From the NCBI GenBank assembly GCA_005787565.1, contig SYAP01000124.1:1-50958 (forward strand): a DNA stretch of 50,958 nucleotides. Direction: 5' to 3'. How positions within the stretch are numbered: position 1 is the stretch's first letter; each line of letters begins with the position of its first letter. This document shows positions 42,584-50,958 of this stretch, one piece after another. This DNA comes from Verrucomicrobiaceae bacterium (GTDB taxonomy: Bacteria; Verrucomicrobiota; Verrucomicrobiia; Verrucomicrobiales; Akkermansiaceae). The notes under the pieces are model-generated. The model worked only from the letters and a program-made list of their open reading frames with translations. It was not told the origin of the DNA and made no database searches. The translations under genes and the position numbers were made by a program.

Positions 42584-44026
42584 ATGTTCCATCAACTTTA
42601 CATTTTACTCGGACTGTCGGTCATCTCCGGTTTCTTCGGGCATGCCGCCGCGTCACCGAAGCTCGCGCATCCGCATGTGGTTGTGATCGTGGTGGATGAT
42701 ATGGGCTATGGCGACCCGGGTTGTTATAATCCAGATTCGAAAATCCCAACGCCTCATATCGACAACCTTGCTGCGGAGGGCATGAGGTTCACTGATGCAC
42801 ACGCAGCTGGTCCCCTCTGCCATCCATCGCGCTACGGACTGATGACTGGCCGTTATCCATTCCGGACCGATGTCTCGAAGTGGCCCACCCAGCCGCTGAT
42901 TGATGAAGACCAGGTCACGATCGCTTCGCTGTTGCGTGAGGCGGGTTATGCCACGGCCATGGTTGGTAAATGGCATCTTGGTTTTGCGGAAAGCGGCTAC
43001 GACAAGCCCCTGCCCGGCGGACCTGTGGATCGTGGATTCGATCAGTTTTTCGGCATTCGCGCCTCGACCGACATTCCGCCCTATTTTTACATCCGCGGCG
43101 ACCGCGCCGTGAGTCCGCCGAGCAAACACATCGCAGCTAACAGGAGCGATGGTTGGTCACCCATTCAAGGTGGGTTTTGGCGCGCGGGCGGCATCGCTCC
43201 GGATTTGGAACTGGATGAGGTCCTGCCGCGATTCACCGACGAGGCCATTGAGGTGATCAAACGCCGTCCATCGGCAAAACCCCTGATGCTCTATCTTGCT
43301 TATCCCGCTCCACACACTCCGTGGCTACCTGCCGCTGTTTTTCGCGGCAAAAGCGGAGCCGGTTTGTATGGTGATTTCGTGATGATGGTGGACCACGAGA
43401 TTGGTCGTGTTTGTGCCGCTTTGGAGGCGGCAGGCATGGCCCGCAACACCCTGCTGATTTTCACCTCGGACAACGGTCCGGTTTGGTATCCTCGTGATGT
43501 CAAACGACTTGGCCATGACGCCGTCGGCGGTTTGCGCGGGATCAAAGGCGACGCATGGGAGGGTGGGCATCGCATGCCGTTCGTGGTGCGCTGGCCGGCA
43601 CGCGTTGCAGCCGGTAGCCGCAGCGACCAGACGGTGTGCTTTACGGATCTCATGGCGACCTTCGCGGATGTGGTAGATATGAAATTGCCCGCGTCCGCAG
43701 GTCCTGACAGTTTCAGTCTGCTACCCGTTCTCGAAAGCCGCCAACCTTTTGACAAGCCTGTGCGTGGCCCGCTTGTCATGCAGTCCGGCAGCGGCGGTGC
43801 CATGATGATCCGATCGGGCGACTGGAAATTGATCGACCGTCCCGGTTCCGGCGGATTCTCCCAGTCCAAGAAACCTCAGCCCGGTGATCCGCCCGGCCAG
43901 CTCTACAATTTGCGGGATGATCCGGCAGAGGTGAAAAATCTCTATCAGAACCAACCTGAACGCGTCGCTGAACTCAACCGACTGCTGAAACAAGTGATCG
44001 ATTCGCCTTTGAGTCGCCCTCATTGA
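42584..44026 (+). CDS. Arylsulfatase-like sulfatase (S1, Cys-type)
   Basis: Start MFHQLYILL with signal peptide (the ORF-track upstream extension overlaps the previous gene); CHPSRYGLMTGRY, GKWHLG, SDNG. Confidence 0.93.
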   Translation: MFHQLYILLGLSVISGFFGHAAASPKLAHPHVVVIVVDDMGYGDPGCYNPDSKIPTPHIDNLAAEGMRFTDAHAAGPLCHPSRYGLMTGRYPFRTDVSKWPTQPLIDEDQVTIASLLREAGYATAMVGKWHLGFAESGYDKPLPGGPVDRGFDQFFGIRASTDIPPYFYIRGDRAVSPPSKHIAANRSDGWSPIQGGFWRAGGIAPDLELDEVLPRFTDEAIEVIKRRPSAKPLMLYLAYPAPHTPWLPAAVFRGKSGAGLYGDFVMMVDHEIGRVCAALEAAGMARNTLLIFTSDNGPVWYPRDVKRLGHDAVGGLRGIKGDAWEGGHRMPFVVRWPARVAAGSRSDQTVCFTDLMATFADVVDMKLPASAGPDSFSLLPVLESRQPFDKPVRGPLVMQSGSGGAMMIRSGDWKLIDRPGSGGFSQSKKPQPGDPPGQLYNLRDDPAEVKNLYQNQPERVAELNRLLKQVIDSPLSRPH

Positions 44027-44053
44027 AGCCTCATCCCATCTTATTGAATTCCC

Positions 44054-45601
44054 ATGAAACACTTTCTGAAACTTCTTTGGATTCTTGCTCCGTCTGCGTT
44101 GTCAGCGGCGACCCCGATGCCTGAAAAGGTGCTGCCAGTGCCGATTCCCGGCGCGAAACCCCGCAACGTGGTCTTCATCCTCTCCGATGACCACCGCTAC
44201 GATGCGATGAGCTTCCTTGGCCATCAGTTCGCGAAGACACCCGTGATGGATTCGCTAGCGAAAAACGGAGCTTATATCAAGAACGCGCTTGTCACCACCG
44301 CGCTCTGCTCACCGAGCCGCGCATCCATTCTAACTGGACTCTACACCTTCCGCCACCGTGTCATCGACAACAACCGCCCGATCCCGCCCGGCACGGTCTA
44401 TTTCCCGCAGTATCTGCAGAAGGCGGGATACGCGACCGGCTTCATCGGCAAGTGGCACATGGGCGGAGAAAGCGACCGCCCGCAGCCTGGTTGGGATCAC
44501 TGGGTGAGCTTCGCCGGACAAGGGGAATACCTGCCACCTACCCCCGACTACACTTTGAATGTGGATGGCAAACGGGTGAAACAGAAGGGTTATATCACCA
44601 ACGAACTCACCGACTATGCGATCAACTGGCTCAAGCAGCAGAAGCCTGCGGAGAAGCCGTTTTTTCTCTACCTCTCGCACAAGGCGGTGCATGCGAACTT
44701 CACTCCCGAAGACAAGTATGAGGACAGTCTCAAGGAGCGGCCTTTCCATCGCCCCGCATCCGAGCAGGAAACCGCGCGCGATCTCCAGAAACCGCGCTGG
44801 CTTCGTGATCAACGCAATTCCTGGCACGGTGTGGATTTCCCCTATCACAGCGAGTTGGACATCGAGCGTTACTACAAGCGCTACTGTGAAACTCTGCGTT
44901 CGGTGGACGACAGCATTGGTCGCGTGCTCCAGCAACTCAAGGACATGGGGATCCATGATGAGACACTTGTGATTTACATGGGAGACAACGGTTTCATGTT
45001 TGGGGAGCACGGTCTCATCGACAAGCGCGTGGCCTATGAAACCTCCATGCGCGTGCCGATGCTCGTGCAATGCCCGGCACTCATCAAACAAGGCACAGTG
45101 CTCGATCAAATGATCGCCAATCTCGACGTCGGCCCCACGGTGATGGAGGTGATGGGTTTGCAAACCCCGCCGCACATGGATGGAAAGAGCTTCCTGCCGC
45201 TGCTCAAGGGCGAGAACATTCCGTGGCGTGATCGTTTCCTCTATGTTTACTATTGGGAAAAGAACTTCCCGCAAACTCCCACCACCTTCGCCCTGCGTAC
45301 CCCGAAGGCGAAATACATCACCTACTACGGCCTTTGGGACTCGGATGAGTTTTATGATCTCGCCACCGATCCGGAAGAATCGAAAAACCTCATCAACGAC
45401 CCATCAAACCTTGCCGAAGTCCGCCGCATGGAAAATGAACTCTATCAAATGATGGGCGAGCTTGGTGGCATGGAAATTCCTCTCAATCAGCCAAAAGGCG
45501 GCGTCAACGACAAACGCCTCCATAGCCGGGACGGTGACAAGGCTGCTGATTTTCCGCCCTCCAAAGTCGTGGACGAGCCCCTCAATCAAAACGCCAACTG
45601 A
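44054..45601 (+). CDS. Sulfatase (N-acetylglucosamine-6-sulfatase-like, Cys-type)
   Basis: NVVFILSDDHR, CSPSRASILTG, GKWHMG, HKAVH, GDNGFMFGEHGLIDKR. Confidence 0.93.
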   Translation: MKHFLKLLWILAPSALSAATPMPEKVLPVPIPGAKPRNVVFILSDDHRYDAMSFLGHQFAKTPVMDSLAKNGAYIKNALVTTALCSPSRASILTGLYTFRHRVIDNNRPIPPGTVYFPQYLQKAGYATGFIGKWHMGGESDRPQPGWDHWVSFAGQGEYLPPTPDYTLNVDGKRVKQKGYITNELTDYAINWLKQQKPAEKPFFLYLSHKAVHANFTPEDKYEDSLKERPFHRPASEQETARDLQKPRWLRDQRNSWHGVDFPYHSELDIERYYKRYCETLRSVDDSIGRVLQQLKDMGIHDETLVIYMGDNGFMFGEHGLIDKRVAYETSMRVPMLVQCPALIKQGTVLDQMIANLDVGPTVMEVMGLQTPPHMDGKSFLPLLKGENIPWRDRFLYVYYWEKNFPQTPTTFALRTPKAKYITYYGLWDSDEFYDLATDPEESKNLINDPSNLAEVRRMENELYQMMGELGGMEIPLNQPKGGVNDKRLHSRDGDKAADFPPSKVVDEPLNQNAN

Positions 45602-45611
45602 GATTGTATCC

Positions 45612-46571
45612 ATGAAAGCATCCACCGGGATGATTCTTCTGGCTTTGGCTGGTTTTTCAATGGTTGCCAGCGGCCAGACAAGGCATGGACACGAGGCCAC
45701 TGAGTCCGTGCCTCCCAAGATTCAACAATGGATTGAGAAACTGCCTGCCGGTAGCAGTCACAATCTCAATATTGCGTATGTCTCCGGGACTGAGTCCGGC
45801 AAGAAACCAAATTCATTACAGAGCCTCGACTTGTATGTTCCACCCGGAAAAGGCCCTTTCCCACTGGTTTTTTGGATTCATGGTGGCGGCTGGCATAGCG
45901 GTGACAAGCTGGAGTCCGGCATTCACCTCGCCCTGAAATTCCTTCCGAAAGGCTTTGCTTTGGCATCCATCAATTACCGTCTGACCGCTGATTCACCCTT
46001 TCCTGCGCAGATCGAAGATTGCAATGCAGCGTTGGCATATCTTCGTGATCGCGCGGAGCGTTTCCGCATCGATCCCGATCGCGTGGGCACGCTCGGGCAC
46101 TCCGCCGGTGCGCACCTTGCGGCCCTGATGGCCTGCACCGGAAATGAGAAACGTTTTACATCCGACCCGCAGGCATCTCTTCGTGTTCAAGCCAGTGTCT
46201 GTTGGGCCATCCCCGCCGATCTTGATCGGGATCGCGGCAAATGGCCTTCAACATCCATGATGCACAATCCTGCTAGCGCTCCACTTTGGGGGTTTTTCCC
46301 AAACAAGCGCTATGACGGAGAATTCGCGCGCATGGCAAGTCCAGCCTCCTATGTCCATGCGGAAGTCCCTCCGGTACTGATAGTTCATGGTCAGCAGGAC
46401 GAACTCGTGCCGCCCGGGCAGGCAGTGGCATTTGCCGAATCGTTGAAGAAAGCTGGAGTTCCCATGACGCTGCGGCTCGTTCCCAACCGCGGCCACGACG
46501 TCATGAACGAGGAATCCATTGTTGAGGCGATCGCTTTTTTCACAAGCATCTTGAATCTGGAGAAAAGGTGA
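45612..46571 (+). CDS. Alpha/beta-hydrolase esterase (HSL/BD-FAE-like)
   Basis: Signal peptide from ATG 45612; HGGGW, GHSAG (Ser), HGQQD (Asp), GHD (His). Confidence 0.9.
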   Translation: MKASTGMILLALAGFSMVASGQTRHGHEATESVPPKIQQWIEKLPAGSSHNLNIAYVSGTESGKKPNSLQSLDLYVPPGKGPFPLVFWIHGGGWHSGDKLESGIHLALKFLPKGFALASINYRLTADSPFPAQIEDCNAALAYLRDRAERFRIDPDRVGTLGHSAGAHLAALMACTGNEKRFTSDPQASLRVQASVCWAIPADLDRDRGKWPSTSMMHNPASAPLWGFFPNKRYDGEFARMASPASYVHAEVPPVLIVHGQQDELVPPGQAVAFAESLKKAGVPMTLRLVPNRGHDVMNEESIVEAIAFFTSILNLEKR

Positions 46572-46689
46572 AAGTGAATCCACTCCTTCGGAGCACAGGA
46601 GACCGCCTTGATCCGAGCCCTCGGACCATCAATCGAACAGAATCTAGAACGTTATGGTTGCAGGCATTGAAATGGGCGCTTCACTTCAT

Positions 46690-47260
46690 TCGCCTGCGTG
46701 TGAAAACACCGCGGGCGACGATGAGGTTGACCAGTTGGCCGTTGGTCGGCTTGACGGCTTGACGGCTTCGACGATGTTTTGCTGGAGGTGGCCTCCGTGA
46801 TCGCCTTGGGTGGGACCGCTGCCGCGTTTGGCCCAGCGGTGGCGGGGGCGTGGATCTCTTTCGAAACCGGCTTCATCACCAAAGAGAACTCGTGCGGTCG
46901 GGTCGGCTAACAGGGGAGCGATTCTGGGGGCGCAGGTTTTACGTTTCAACGCCCTCAGGGCGGTATCGGGCGGCTCCGGAATGGGGCGCGGAGTGCGACG
47001 GGCGTGGTGGTGTTGGTGAAGAGAGCGGACGATTGTGCGGTAGGAAATGTCGAAGGAGTTCTCTTGGCGGAGCCAACCGTGCTGAGTTTGACGGCGGTCC
47101 AGTGGAGTTGGTCGGCGAGTGCGGGATGGGATCGTCAACGATGGGTGATTGCCTACGCGATGTCGGCTGCGGTCATACCCGGTTTCTGAAGGAGGGCATC
47201 CATGTGACTGCTGTCGATGCCGACGTGGATTGTGAGCGGAATGGGAATCGCCCTTTTGCT
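46690..47260 (-). pseudogene. Degraded IS630-family transposase
   Basis: Fragments in different frames: HWTAVKL / HGWL...ISYRTIVRSLH...RRTPRPIP / VLFGDEAGFERDPRPRHRWAKRG / GQLVNLIV, with frameshifts and stops. Limits are approximate. Confidence 0.75.
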
Positions 47261-47456
47261 TGGCGGACTGCCTGTGCGATGGCTTGAAGCTCTTGGAATT
47301 GCAATGAAAGGAGCCGCCCATCGGAGAGATTTGAAGGAAGGCCTGATAAGGCGATCGTCGCCATCGTTGGGTCAACCGAGGGGGAGAAACCCATGAACCT
47401 CAACGCAAATGTATAAAAGACCAGTCCCGGAACGTAGGTTTCGCTTGAATCAATCG

Positions 47457-49256
47457 ATGACAACGAAATCGGGTATATTTTTCGCAGCAGCATTGTTCTG
47501 TGTTTTCCCGCCGGTCTGTTTTGCCAAGCCGCTGAAGGTTTTCATCCTTGCGGGCCAGTCCAACATGGAGGGGCATGCCGAGGTCCGGACTTTTGACTAT
47601 ATTGGCAAGGATCCGCTTACGGCACCCCTGTTGAAAGAGATGCGGAATCCGGATGGGACTCCACGGGTTTGTGACAAGGTCTGGATGTCCTATTTGACCG
47701 GGCCTTATGATGGCAGTGCCAATGGCGAGGGGCTGGGGAAATTGACTGCCGGATTTGGTGCGCGTGGAGATCAACCGACGAAGGATGGCGGAAAGATCGG
47801 TCCCGAGTTCACCTTCGGGATTTCCATGGAGAAAGAGCTGAAGGAGCCGATTTTGATCATCAAGACCGCGTGGGGTGGCAGATCCCTCAACACCGAGTTC
47901 CGACCGCCGAGCGCCGGGCCCTATCAACTGCCGAAGGAGATTCAAAAATTGTGGGATCAACATCCTCAGGGTGCCCACGGAATTCCCAAACTTGAGGATC
48001 GGAAAAAGTGGCAGGATGAGAAGGATGCCGCCACGGGAGTCTTTTACCGCATGATGATCGAGCATGTGAAAAAGGTGCTCGCCGATCCAAAGCGTGTGTG
48101 CCCGGAATACAACGAGAAGGATGGGTTTGAACTGGCTGGATTTGTATGGCTTCAGGGTTTCAACGATCTGGTCGATGGGACGACCTACCCCGGCCCCGAT
48201 GAGCCGGGGAAATATGATCTTTATTCGGACCTTTTGGCCAAGTTCATCCGCGATGTCCGCAAAGATCTTTCGGCCCCGAAAATGCCGTTTGTGATCGGGG
48301 TGCTTGGAGTCGGTGGTGAGAGCGAGAATGAGATTTTCCGCAAGGCGATGGCCGCACCGGCCGCCATGCCTGAGTTCAAGGGCAATGTGGTTGCTGTCGA
48401 GACCGCTCCATTTTGGGATCATGACATTGCCGCCGCGGAAACCAAGCAGGGCGAGTATAACAACATTGTCGGGACGGCCCGCACATTGAAGACGGATGGA
48501 ACCATCGACAAGGAGCGGAAATGGGATTCTTTCTGGAAGCCACTGGGCGAACCGTTGCCAGCAGAGCGCGACTGGCGCTTCGTTGCGCTGGATCCGAGCG
48601 AGAAGAAGGACCAGTTGGAATCCTATACCGATCGGCGATTCCGAGATATCACGCTGCCGGACGGAATGGAGAATTGGTCTATGCCGGGTTTTGATGATGG
48701 CAAATGGACGGTTGGCAAGGCACCGATCGGAAAAGGAGTTTGGAACCATAGTGGGATCACTCTGGACAAATTCCCGTCAACTTGGGGGGAGGGTGAATTC
48801 CTTCTGATGCGCACCACCTTTGAAGTTGGAGACCTTGACTACGAGGCTTATCGTCTCGCCATTTTGGCGAGACAAGGGTTCCATGTTTTTCTGAATGGTC
48901 AAAAGATCCACACCTACGTCTGGTGGCAGGATAAGCCGCAGTATGGTTCCATTGTTCTTGGAGAAGAACAGATCCAGCATTTGAAGAAGGGGGAGAACGT
49001 CTTGGCGGTCTATGCAAATGACCAATATGGTCCTGATTCCAAAGAGCATTATGGTGCGATTGATGTGTGGATTGAGGGAATCACTGAAGCAGACCAGAAG
49101 AAGCTCGATGTCGCATTGGAGGAGGTCTTTTCGCCAAAAGATCGGGAGGCAATCGCTGGTGCTTCGAATGGTGGTTACCACTATTTCGGCAGCGCGAAGA
49201 TCTTTGCGCAGATGGGCAAGGCGTTTGCCGAGGCGAACCTCAGGATGATGAAATAG
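47457..49256 (+). CDS. Sialate O-acetylesterase-like (SASA/DUF303, SGNH) esterase with inserted sugar-binding domain
   Basis: Signal peptide; FILAGQSNM, IGPEFTFG, KTAWGGRSL, WLQGFND and C-terminal GGYHY. Confidence 0.88.
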   Translation: MTTKSGIFFAAALFCVFPPVCFAKPLKVFILAGQSNMEGHAEVRTFDYIGKDPLTAPLLKEMRNPDGTPRVCDKVWMSYLTGPYDGSANGEGLGKLTAGFGARGDQPTKDGGKIGPEFTFGISMEKELKEPILIIKTAWGGRSLNTEFRPPSAGPYQLPKEIQKLWDQHPQGAHGIPKLEDRKKWQDEKDAATGVFYRMMIEHVKKVLADPKRVCPEYNEKDGFELAGFVWLQGFNDLVDGTTYPGPDEPGKYDLYSDLLAKFIRDVRKDLSAPKMPFVIGVLGVGGESENEIFRKAMAAPAAMPEFKGNVVAVETAPFWDHDIAAAETKQGEYNNIVGTARTLKTDGTIDKERKWDSFWKPLGEPLPAERDWRFVALDPSEKKDQLESYTDRRFRDITLPDGMENWSMPGFDDGKWTVGKAPIGKGVWNHSGITLDKFPSTWGEGEFLLMRTTFEVGDLDYEAYRLAILARQGFHVFLNGQKIHTYVWWQDKPQYGSIVLGEEQIQHLKKGENVLAVYANDQYGPDSKEHYGAIDVWIEGITEADQKKLDVALEEVFSPKDREAIAGASNGGYHYFGSAKIFAQMGKAFAEANLRMMK

Positions 49257-49392
49257 GCGACGCTGGGATTTCGGCAGGGTGGAATCCGAGGATGACCTAC
49301 CAGAATGGGGCGGTGCTTTTAGAGCGGGACGAATTGGATTTCGTCGTGGCTTGGTGGATCAGGTCATGACTGATTTCCGAGGGTGGAAAGAG

Positions 49393-49467
49393 TGGTGGTC
49401 CCGCCAGGAATCGAACCTGGACCTACGGCTTCGGAGGCCATCGTCCTATCCATTGGACCACGGGACC
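49393..49467 (-). tRNA. tRNA-Arg (CCG)
   Basis: Minus strand GGTCCCG...ATGGC-CTCCGAA-GCCGT...CCAGG-TTCGATT-CCTGG-CGGGACC-A-CCA. Confidence 0.96.
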
Positions 49468-49488
49468 ATTTGCTTGTGGGGCGGGGGA

Positions 49489-49517
49489 TGTTTACGGGCG
49501 GGGCGGGGCTTTGGCAA
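49489..49517 (-). promoter_or_regulatory. Promoter of tRNA-Arg
   Basis: Minus strand TTGCCA, 17-bp spacer, TAAACA. Confidence 0.55.
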
Positions 49518-49575
49518 GGAGAAGGGCGGAAAAAACGGGGTGTGGTTTGGTGGGAGGATTTTGGGTGGGGCGGAT

Positions 49576-50958
49576 TTATTTGCGGCCGTAGAGGGGGCCG
49601 TAGGTTTGGCAGGCGCGGAAGTCTGCGGCTTCGGAGTCTGCGGTGCCGAAGGCGGTCCATGCGCTGGGGCGGAAGATGCGTTCGTGGGGGACGTTGTGCA
49701 TGTAGACTGGGATGCGGAGCATGGAGGCGAGGGTGAGGTAGAGGTGGCCGACGTGGCCGCAGGTCATGACGCAGTGGTTGGCGCCCCAGTGGTTCATGAC
49801 GTCGTAGGCGGAGCGGAAGGCTCCGGTGCCGGTGAGGATGGGTGCGAACCAGGTGGTGGGCCAGCTGGGGTTGGTGCGTTCGTCGAGGGCTTTGTGGACG
49901 TTTTCCGGGAGGTCGATGGTGTGGCCTTCGGCGATTTGGAGTGCGGGGCCGAGGCCGTCGACGAGGTTGAGGCGGATCATGGTGGCTTTCATGCCGCCGC
50001 GGGTTTTGTAGCGGGTGCTCATGCCGCCGCCGGGGAAGTATTCGGTGATGGAGGGGTGCCAGGTGGTGGCGTTGAGGCATTTGTTGATTTCGTCGTCGGT
50101 GATTTCCCAGTGGGGTTTCATGACGGGGTTGCCATGTTCATCGGAGCATTGGCCGGTACCGTCGAGGGCGGCGGGGCCGGAGTTGATGAGGTGGAGGATG
50201 CCATCGGTGACGAGGGGGTGGTCGATGCGGGTGCCGCTGGCGCGTTGGATGGCATCGATGCTCCAGTAGGTGCGGAGGTCGGCGAAGATTTGTGCGGTGT
50301 TGGTGAGGAGCGAGCCGAAGAGCATGCCTGCGCCGTTGAGGGCGTCGTTTTCGGTGGCGACGATGTAGGGTGGGCGTTTGCCGTTCCAGTCGAAGGATGA
50401 GCAGAGGATGGCTTCGAGGAAGTCGCCGTTAGGGAAGTGGTCGGTCCATTGGCGTTGGCCTTGGAATCCTGCGGCGATGGCGTTGTGTCCGCGGGCTTGT
50501 TCATGGAGGCCCATTTCGTCCAGTTTGGGATTTCCGACCATGAGGTCGCGGGCGATGAGGGCCATTTTGACGTTGGTTTCCCATTCGGCATCGAGGGTGG
50601 TGCGGGAGCGTCGGGTTTCATGGCTGTTGTAGTCGTGGCCTTCGGTGCAGTGTTGTTTGACCCAGGCGAGTGCTTTTTCGAATTCGGCGGGATCGAATTG
50701 GTTTTTGTTCATGCGGCCGATGAATTCGGTCATGTCGATGGCTTCGACGCGCATTCCGAGCCATTTTTCCCAGAGTGAGGGATCGACCATGGATCCGGCG
50801 ATGCCCATGGAGGTTCCGCCCATGGAGAGGTAGGATTTGCCGCGCATGATGGCGACGGTGAGGGCGCAGCGGGAGAAGGTGAGGATTTTTTCGCGGACGT
50901 CGTTGGGAATTTCGGGGTCGCCTGCGGGTTGGACATCGCGGCCGTAGATGCCGAAGGC
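49576..50958 (-). CDS. fucI: L-fucose isomerase (5' end outside the window)
   Basis: [10 protein letters not shown]..., [52 protein letters not shown]. Confidence 0.96.
   Translation of the reverse strand, partial: AFGIYGRDVQPAGDPEIPNDVREKILTFSRCALTVAIMRGKSYLSMGGTSMGIAGSMVDPSLWEKWLGMRVEAIDMTEFIGRMNKNQFDPAEFEKALAWVKQHCTEGHDYNSHETRRSRTTLDAEWETNVKMALIARDLMVGNPKLDEMGLHEQARGHNAIAAGFQGQRQWTDHFPNGDFLEAILCSSFDWNGKRPPYIVATENDALNGAGMLFGSLLTNTAQIFADLRTYWSIDAIQRASGTRIDHPLVTDGILHLINSGPAALDGTGQCSDEHGNPVMKPHWEITDDEINKCLNATTWHPSITEYFPGGGMSTRYKTRGGMKATMIRLNLVDGLGPALQIAEGHTIDLPENVHKALDERTNPSWPTTWFAPILTGTGAFRSAYDVMNHWGANHCVMTCGHVGHLYLTLASMLRIPVYMHNVPHERIFRPSAWTAFGTADSEAADFRACQTYGPLYGRK

Larger units (their letters stand above)
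16100..49392. mobile_element. Genomic island (about 33 kb) adjoining the tRNA-Arg(CCG) 3' end; no integrase present
   Basis: Abrupt loss of the host + strand G/T skew at about 16100, accessory gene content, an IS630 relic, and a tRNA 3' end at the right border. Borders are approximate. Confidence 0.7.

Noticed and set aside
16452-50958. Calling the island a fucoidan locus because fucI is adjacent
   Set aside because: fucI has host-type composition and lies beyond the tRNA, and no GH29/GH95/GH107-like fucosidase was recognised in the island.

Overview
GC-rich bacterial DNA, most consistent with Verrucomicrobiota (Luteolibacter/Haloferula-like). This is an inference from a PEP-CTERM protein, a Verru_Chthon/PilX-like giant pilin, a long-form GreA and the sulfatase richness. 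The flanks (1-16050 and about 49260-50958) hold housekeeping genes with an extreme G/T-over-C/A bias on the + strand: eno (partial), greA, an ECF sigma/anti-sigma/PDZ trio, glutaredoxin, GH109, an ExbD-domain lipoprotein, an aminopeptidase, fabD, tRNA-Asp, tcdA, rpmJ, an NPCBM metallopeptidase, sdhC-sdhA (no sdhB), tRNA-Arg(CCG) and fucI (partial). Between sdhA and the 3' end of tRNA-Arg lies an island of about 33 kb that lacks this bias. It encodes a LacI-associated sulfated-glycan utilisation locus: six Cys-type sulfatases, GH38, a GH99/71-like lipoprotein, two esterases, an atypical ROK protein and a Na+/solute symporter. It also encodes a surface module (PEP-CTERM protein, PilX-like giant pilin plus partner, two large exoproteins sharing a C-terminal motif) but no SusC/D or TonB receptor. 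An IS630 relic lies near its right end, and no integrase is visible. Family assignments come from motif recognition only; no database searches were run.
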